The notes under the pieces: generated by a model | What the model saw: only the letters and a program-made list of their open reading frames with translations | What the model was told of the DNA's origin: nothing | Databases searched by the model: none | Assembly (NCBI GenBank): GCA_017458965.1 | Contig: JAFSZJ010000098.1 | Coordinates: 1 to 41,380, forward strand | Source of the DNA: Kiritimatiellia bacterium | GTDB lineage: Bacteria; Verrucomicrobiota; Kiritimatiellia; RFP12; JAAYLN01 | Direction: 5' to 3' | DNA: 41,380 nt | Program-made: the position numbers and the translations under genes | Part shown: positions 36,505 through 41,380 of the stretch, piece by piece | Numbering within the stretch: the stretch's first letter is position 1 | Layout of the letters: every line of letters begins with the position of its first letter

Positions 36505-38283
36505 TCACAGGGACAGCAGATCGGGGACGTGCCGCGCGAGGAAATCACGCGAAAGCTCCAGCACAGTCGCGGCGCTGCCGGACGAAAGCGCGGCATCGGC
36601 GAGCGCCTTGGCGGCCGAGAACGGCACGGCGCGGATCAACGCCTTGATCGCTGGGATGGATGTCGGGGCCATGCTCAGCGAATCGAAGCCCATGCCTACG
36701 AGTATGGCGGCTAGGCCAGGCACGGACGCCATCTCGCCGCACAGTCCCAGCGGGATCGACGCGGACTTCGCCGCGTCGGCGGCCATCTTGACGAGCCGCA
36801 GCACGGACGGATGGGCCGGCTGGTATAGATGGGCCACTAGTTCGTTCGTGCGGTCGGCGGCCATGGTGTACTGCGTCAGGTCGTTGGAGCCCACGGAGAA
36901 GAAATCGGCGCGCTTGGCCAGGAACTGTGCCGTGAGCGCGGCGGACGGCACCTCCACCATGATGCCAAGTCGCGGCGTCTTGCATTCGACGCCGTTCTCC
37001 GCGAGGTCGTTCAGGCATTCCTCCATGATCTCGCGTGTCCGGACGAGTTCGGAGATGTCCGCGACCATGGGGAGGAGGATGTTGGCCGGGGCGCCTCCTG
37101 CGCTTGCGCGCATGATGGCGCGGAGCTGCATGCGGAGGACATCCTCGTCGTGCAGCAGGTAGCGGAGGGAGCGGAGGCCAAGGAACGGGTTCTCCTCGGA
37201 CTCGCAAAGACCAGTTTCGCCGGCGAACTTGTCGCCGCCGAGATCGAACGCCCTGATGATCACAGGCCTGTCGCCCATGGCGTCGAATGCGGCGCGGTAC
37301 GCGGCGACCTGCTCATCCTCCGGCACGGGCTTGCCGGATGCCATCCAAAGATACTCCGTGCGGAAAAGTCCGATGCCTTCGGCGCCATCGTCCACAAGCG
37401 AGGATACGCCTGCGGCGCTCTCCACGTTGGCCATGACGCGGACGCGGACGCCGTCCGGCGTGACCGCCTCCCCGCCCCGCCGTTCGCGGAGGGACTCGAC
37501 GATGCTCTCGCGCATGCGGGCGAGTCCAAGCAGATGGGAGAGTTCCCTACGGCCAGGGTTGAGGACCACCACGCCGTTGCCGCCATCGACGGCGATCTGC
37601 TGTCCGGAGACCGCCTCCTGCGAGACGGTCCCGAGACCGACGACGGCGGGAATGCCGATGGCGCGCATGAGCAACGCGGCATGCGAAGTGAGGCTGCCGC
37701 GGTCGAGGACCACGGCTTTAACGACGCTCCTCGGAAGGGCTAGCGTCTCCGACGGGGTGAGGTTCTCTGCGACTACGACGCACGGGCGGTCCCAGGCACC
37801 TGGCAGCTCCTCCTTCACCCCCATCAGGTTGCGAAGAAGGCGGCGGGCCACGTCGGAGAGATCGTCGGCGCGCTCGCGGAAGAGGGCGTCGCCCGACTCC
37901 TGGAACTGGGCGATGTACTTGTTCGCCACCTCGCGGACGGCCCATTCAGCGTTGTGATGGAGGTCGAAGATCTCATGATGGAGGTCGGCGGTGATGATCT
38001 CGTCGTCGAGGACCATCATATGGCCGTCTATGATGCCGGCCTCTCCGGACGAGGCGATCTCGTCGACGCGCTCGCGTATGACCTTGAGCTGTCGGCGCGT
38101 GACCTCGCTGGCCACCGCAAGGCGCCGCCATTCATGCTCGATGGCGGAAGGGGCTATCTCGACGGCGGGGGCGTTGTAGACGCGGGAGCGATAGAGGACG
38201 GCCGTCGCCACGGCGATGCCAGGCGAGACGCCAATGCCCTGAAGGGTGCGGGATGTGGCAGTTTGTCCGTAGCTATTGCTCAT
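36505..38283 (-). CDS. ptsI: Phosphoenolpyruvate-protein phosphotransferase (PTS enzyme I)
   Basis: GIGVSPG, TSHAAL (phospho-His), GIGLFRTE, EENPFLGLR, MVEVP, SVGSNDL and LCGE. Confidence 0.96.
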   Translation of the reverse strand: MSNSYGQTATSRTLQGIGVSPGIAVATAVLYRSRVYNAPAVEIAPSAIEHEWRRLAVASEVTRRQLKVIRERVDEIASSGEAGIIDGHMMVLDDEIITADLHHEIFDLHHNAEWAVREVANKYIAQFQESGDALFRERADDLSDVARRLLRNLMGVKEELPGAWDRPCVVVAENLTPSETLALPRSVVKAVVLDRGSLTSHAALLMRAIGIPAVVGLGTVSQEAVSGQQIAVDGGNGVVVLNPGRRELSHLLGLARMRESIVESLRERRGGEAVTPDGVRVRVMANVESAAGVSSLVDDGAEGIGLFRTEYLWMASGKPVPEDEQVAAYRAAFDAMGDRPVIIRAFDLGGDKFAGETGLCESEENPFLGLRSLRYLLHDEDVLRMQLRAIMRASAGGAPANILLPMVADISELVRTREIMEECLNDLAENGVECKTPRLGIMVEVPSAALTAQFLAKRADFFSVGSNDLTQYTMAADRTNELVAHLYQPAHPSVLRLVKMAADAAKSASIPLGLCGEMASVPGLAAILVGMGFDSLSMAPTSIPAIKALIRAVPFSAAKALADAALSSGSAATVLELSRDFLARHVPDLLSL

Positions 38284-38569
38284 CTGGGATGTCGAACTTG
38301 CGCTTGACGAGGGCTTCCAATTCATCAAGGACCGCCGCCGCCTCCGGACCTGAGGCGCGGACCGTAAGCGTCGATCCGCACACTGCCTCAAGCGTCATGA
38401 GAGCCATGATGCTCTTGCCGGAGACGATGTTGCCATCGCCGTCCTTCTCGACGGTCACGTCAGCCTTGAAGCGCGACGACGTCTTGGCGAAAAGACCTGC
38501 CGGACGCACATGCATGCCGTACCTGTTGAGCAGGACCATGTCGCGTGAAATAGTCTCTGAAGTCGCCAT
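38273..38569 (-). CDS. ptsH: Phosphocarrier protein HPr
   Basis: GMHVRPA (His15) and GKSIM (Ser46). Confidence 0.95.
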   Translation of the reverse strand: MATSETISRDMVLLNRYGMHVRPAGLFAKTSSRFKADVTVEKDGDGNIVSGKSIMALMTLEAVCGSTLTVRASGPEAAAVLDELEALVKRKFDIPDEQ

Positions 38570-38700
38570 TTTGAGTTCCTGGTTGGGAAGTTGGGGGTTG
38601 CTAAGTTCCTGTTTCTGGTAACTAAGTTCCAATGTCCCGCGTTGCGAAGTTTCGAGTTCCTGATTGCGAAGTTACGGGTTCCTGGTTCAGAGTTGGCAGT
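38570..38700. repeat. Highly degenerate 7-8 nt periodic array (sense AAC-N4/5), filling the hprK-ptsH junction
   Basis: Sense: ACTGCCA ACTCTGA ACCAGGA ACCCGTA ACTTCGCA ATCAGGA ACTCGAA ACTTCGCA ... ACCCCCA ACTTCCCA ACCAGGA ACTCAAA ATG. Confidence 0.7.
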
Positions 38701-39693
38701 TCATTGGGATGCGCCGCCAAGGCGCTTGAGCTGGGCATCGAGGTCTTTGTAGGCCACATGGCCCGCGAAACGAAGCTTGTACTCCTGGGCAACGGTCTCC
38801 ACGACGTTCACGAGGTCACGCCCAGGGGCGACGGGCAGCATCACCTGCGGGACATCCACGCCGAGGAAAGTTCTGTGGAGATCGTTCGCGCCGGTTCTGT
38901 CGAGGTCCGCGCCATCGGTCTCGTCCTGCTGCCGCATGAGCGTGACGACGAGATCGACCTGCTTGGCGCCGCGCACCGCGGAGACGCCGAAGATCGACGG
39001 GACATGGATTATGCCGAGGCCGCGTATCTCCATGTAGTGCCGCGTGGAGCCGACGGCGGAGCCCATGATGAAACCCGAACTGTCGCGGACAAGCTGTGTG
39101 CAGTCGTCCGCGACAAGCGCGTGGCCGTGCTTGATAAGGCCAAGCGCCGTCTCGCTTTTGCCTATGCCAGGCGGCCCCTCGATCAGCACGCCCATGCCGG
39201 ACACCTCGAGCATCGTGCCATGAACCTTGATGCGCGGGGCGGAGAGGTCCTCCATGAGGATCGTCGCCGCGTTGGAGAACTGGCCCGTGATCATCTGCGT
39301 GCGCAGAAGAGGGGTCTGGTACTTCTCGGCGAGTTCCTTGACCTTGTCGCTGGGCTTCCTGTTGCGGGAATAGATGACGCAGGGCACATGGCGCGCGAAG
39401 ACGCCCTCCATGCGCACGACGCGTTCCTCCTCCGGCAGGGTCTGGAGATACGAGTACTCCGCGTAGCCTATGAGCTGGATGCGCTTGTCTGGGAAATAGC
39501 GGAAGAAACCGACGAGACCAAGGCCGGGACGGTTTATCGCCGGCTCGCGAATCGGCTTGTCGAGACCGCTTCCGCCCGCGACGAGTTGCAGGAGGAGGCG
39601 CTTTGAGCCTTCCTCCAGGAACCTGCGGACGGGGATGCCCGTTTCCTGCGATTTACCCTGCATGGCTTGCTTGCTGCGGCGTGATGCGGCCAA
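38701..39693 (-). CDS. hprK: HPr(Ser) kinase/phosphorylase
   Basis: NRPGL, RIQLIG, GPPGIGKSETAL, LVADD, MEIRGLGII and PVAPGRDL. Start may be 39663. Confidence 0.96.
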   Translation of the reverse strand: MAASRRSKQAMQGKSQETGIPVRRFLEEGSKRLLLQLVAGGSGLDKPIREPAINRPGLGLVGFFRYFPDKRIQLIGYAEYSYLQTLPEEERVVRMEGVFARHVPCVIYSRNRKPSDKVKELAEKYQTPLLRTQMITGQFSNAATILMEDLSAPRIKVHGTMLEVSGMGVLIEGPPGIGKSETALGLIKHGHALVADDCTQLVRDSSGFIMGSAVGSTRHYMEIRGLGIIHVPSIFGVSAVRGAKQVDLVVTLMRQQDETDGADLDRTGANDLHRTFLGVDVPQVMLPVAPGRDLVNVVETVAQEYKLRFAGHVAYKDLDAQLKRLGGASQ

Positions 39694-39705
39694 CGCCGCC
39701 TCGCG

Positions 39706-40002
39706 CTACTTTCGGTTGTCGCCGATCTTGTCCAGCTGCTTGCGGATCTGGCGGTCGGTCTTGTCGGCGGCCTCGTCTATGGCCTTGGCGAGGTTGTCGG
39801 AGTCCGAGGCCTCGGCGTCGAACTGGAAGCCATCGACAGTTGCGGTGAAATGAGCGCCGTAGAGGTGGCGGTCGAGGTCGAGCACGACCTTGACGGAAGA
39901 GGTCTTCGGGTATTCCTTCTCTATGGCCGCGGCCTTGCCGCGCGCGTAGTCCTGCATGCTGGCCGGTATGTCCTTGTTCCTGGATGTGATCTCGATCGCC
40001 AT
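39706..40002 (-). CDS. hpf: Ribosome hibernation promoting factor (short HPF/RaiA)
   Basis: IEITSRN...MQDYARGK...NLAKAIDEAADKTDRQIRKQ; AAGGA upstream. Confidence 0.85.
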   Translation of the reverse strand: MAIEITSRNKDIPASMQDYARGKAAAIEKEYPKTSSVKVVLDLDRHLYGAHFTATVDGFQFDAEASDSDNLAKAIDEAADKTDRQIRKQLDKIGDNRK

Positions 40003-40066
40003 GGCGTAGTCCTTTCCTTGAGTTGTGGTTGATGTTCGTGGGCCGTGCCCGGATGCGGGGTTTCCC

Positions 40067-40888
40067 CTACATGCGGAAGTCGGCCCCCAGATAGATCTTG
40101 CGCGCCTCGGGGTCGTTGACGAGGAAGTCGCTCGACCCCTCGCATAGGACCTTGCCCTCCGATATGAGGTAGGCGCGGTTCACGACCGCGAGGGTCTCGC
40201 GGACGTTGTGGTCGGTTATGATGATGCCAAGCCCCTGGTCGCGCAGCCCGATGACGATCTGCTGGATGTCGTGCACGGCCAGCGGATCGACGCCGCTGAA
40301 CGGCTCGTCGAGCATGAGGATCGACGGACGGCGCACCAGCGCGCGGGCTATCTCGAGCTTGCGGCGTTCGCCGCCGGAGAGCGTGTAGGCCTTCTGCTTG
40401 GCGACATGGGATAGCCGGAGACTGTCAAGAAGCTCCTCGCACCGGGCCTTGCGTCCGGCGCGGTTGAGCGGAAGCGATTCGAGTATCGCCAGCAGGTTCT
40501 CTTCGACGCTGAGCTTGCGGAATACCGACGCCTCCTGGGCCAGATATCCGAGCCCCCTGCGGGCGCGCATATAGACGGGGAGCTTCGTGACGTCCTCGCC
40601 ACGGAAAAGTATCGTGCCTTCATTCGGGCGCACGAGGCCGACGATCATGTAGAAGGAAGTCGTCTTCCCGGCGCCGTTGGGGCCGAGGATACCGACGATT
40701 TCGCCGCAGGAGGCCGAAATCGAAACGCCATTGACCACGGTCCTGCCCTTGTAGCGCTTTACCAGGCCGCTCGCCTCCAGATCCGGCTTGCGCCCGACGA
40801 CCGAACCCGAATCCGGCATGTCCTGTGGCGGCAAAGGCGCCGTCACGCCGTCTGCGGTTTTGTCCCTGATATCGTCCATTCCGTCCAT
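40067..40888 (-). CDS. lptB: LPS export ABC ATP-binding protein
   Basis: GPNGAGKTTSFYMIVG, GYLAQEASVFRKL, LSGGERR, ITDHNVRETL and YLGADF. Confidence 0.96.
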   Translation of the reverse strand: MDGMDDIRDKTADGVTAPLPPQDMPDSGSVVGRKPDLEASGLVKRYKGRTVVNGVSISASCGEIVGILGPNGAGKTTSFYMIVGLVRPNEGTILFRGEDVTKLPVYMRARRGLGYLAQEASVFRKLSVEENLLAILESLPLNRAGRKARCEELLDSLRLSHVAKQKAYTLSGGERRKLEIARALVRRPSILMLDEPFSGVDPLAVHDIQQIVIGLRDQGLGIIITDHNVRETLAVVNRAYLISEGKVLCEGSSDFLVNDPEARKIYLGADFRM

Positions 40889-40899
40889 CGCGACGCCGT

Positions 40900-41380
40900 T
40901 TACGGAAGCATCCGCTTATCCTCGCCGTTCTTGTCCTTGCCCTTTGGCTTCGCCGGGTTCGAATCCACAAGCCTGATGCGCGACGGGACGCATTCCATCC
41001 GCTGGTCGTTGAGCCATATCGTGATCTTGCGCCCCCATATCTTGTCATCCTTGCTCGATAGCTGGACGGAGTTGTCCGAGGGGCCGGACATGACGATCTG
41101 TTCGGTCGCCTTGGTGTAGACGGCCTCAGGGCAACGGGCCGTACGGTCGCCGTTGATGAGCACCACATGGCCCAGAGCGCGGATCTGGCGCACGTCGTTT
41201 GTGCCTTCCAGCATCACGAGCACACGATCCGCCGTAAGCGTGTATTCGGCGTCCTCGACGCGGACGTTCTCCTCGAAGAGTATGGCGCTCTCCGCGTAGT
41301 CGTACTCCATGCGGGAGGAGGTGATGTTGGTCTCGGATCTCGGTGCCGCGAAGGCGACGCCACATGCGAAAGCCGCCGCC
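40900..41380 (-). CDS. lptA: LptA/OstA-like LPS transport protein, 5'-truncated by window edge
   Basis: Frame is open to the window end (AAAFACGVAFAAPRSETNITSSRMEYDY...). FEENVRVED..LTADRV, IRALGHVVL and AVYT; immediately upstream of lptB. Confidence 0.8.
   Translation of the reverse strand, partial: AAAFACGVAFAAPRSETNITSSRMEYDYAESAILFEENVRVEDAEYTLTADRVLVMLEGTNDVRQIRALGHVVLINGDRTARCPEAVYTKATEQIVMSGPSDNSVQLSSKDDKIWGRKITIWLNDQRMECVPSRIRLVDSNPAKPKGKDKNGEDKRMLP

Noticed and set aside
1-41380. Prophage, IS, DGR/retron, defence system, tRNA/rRNA
   Set aside because: No integrase, transposase, reverse transcriptase, defence-gene or structural RNA signature recognised by eye; a covariance search was not possible.

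Overview
High-GC bacterial chromosomal segment. Gene content and organisation (IRE/XapA-like ABC module, lptA-lptB-hpf-hprK-ptsH-ptsI order, many CAZymes) suggest a PVC-superphylum organism, probably Kiritimatiellae/Verrucomicrobiota; this is inference. Left to right: a minus-strand glycan-utilisation operon (FAD oxidoreductase, GH36, DUF4380-like, GH29-like, GH39, SxxK serine hydrolase); a Yej-like peptide ABC importer lacking its ATPase; a minus-strand housekeeping run (ABC-2 exporter module, GT4, xseB, TrmH-family methylase, metK, lnt, metallophosphoesterase, ManC-type guanylyltransferase); nth; a TPR protein; a large GH9 with an inserted LamG-like domain; a NagB-like/PIG-L deacetylase pair; an orphan mlaE; recN; and a PTS/Lpt cluster. 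I recognised no rRNA, tRNA, CRISPR, transposase or phage gene. The most unusual signal is non-coding. About ten degenerate 7-10 nt periodic arrays fill intra-operon junctions from stop to start codon or sit in-frame in membrane-protein loops. Their orientation follows transcription and their internal unit order recurs. There is also a duplicated ~150-bp REP/MITE-like structured element, and several -10 boxes lie 6-7 nt before an ATG, suggesting leaderless mRNAs.
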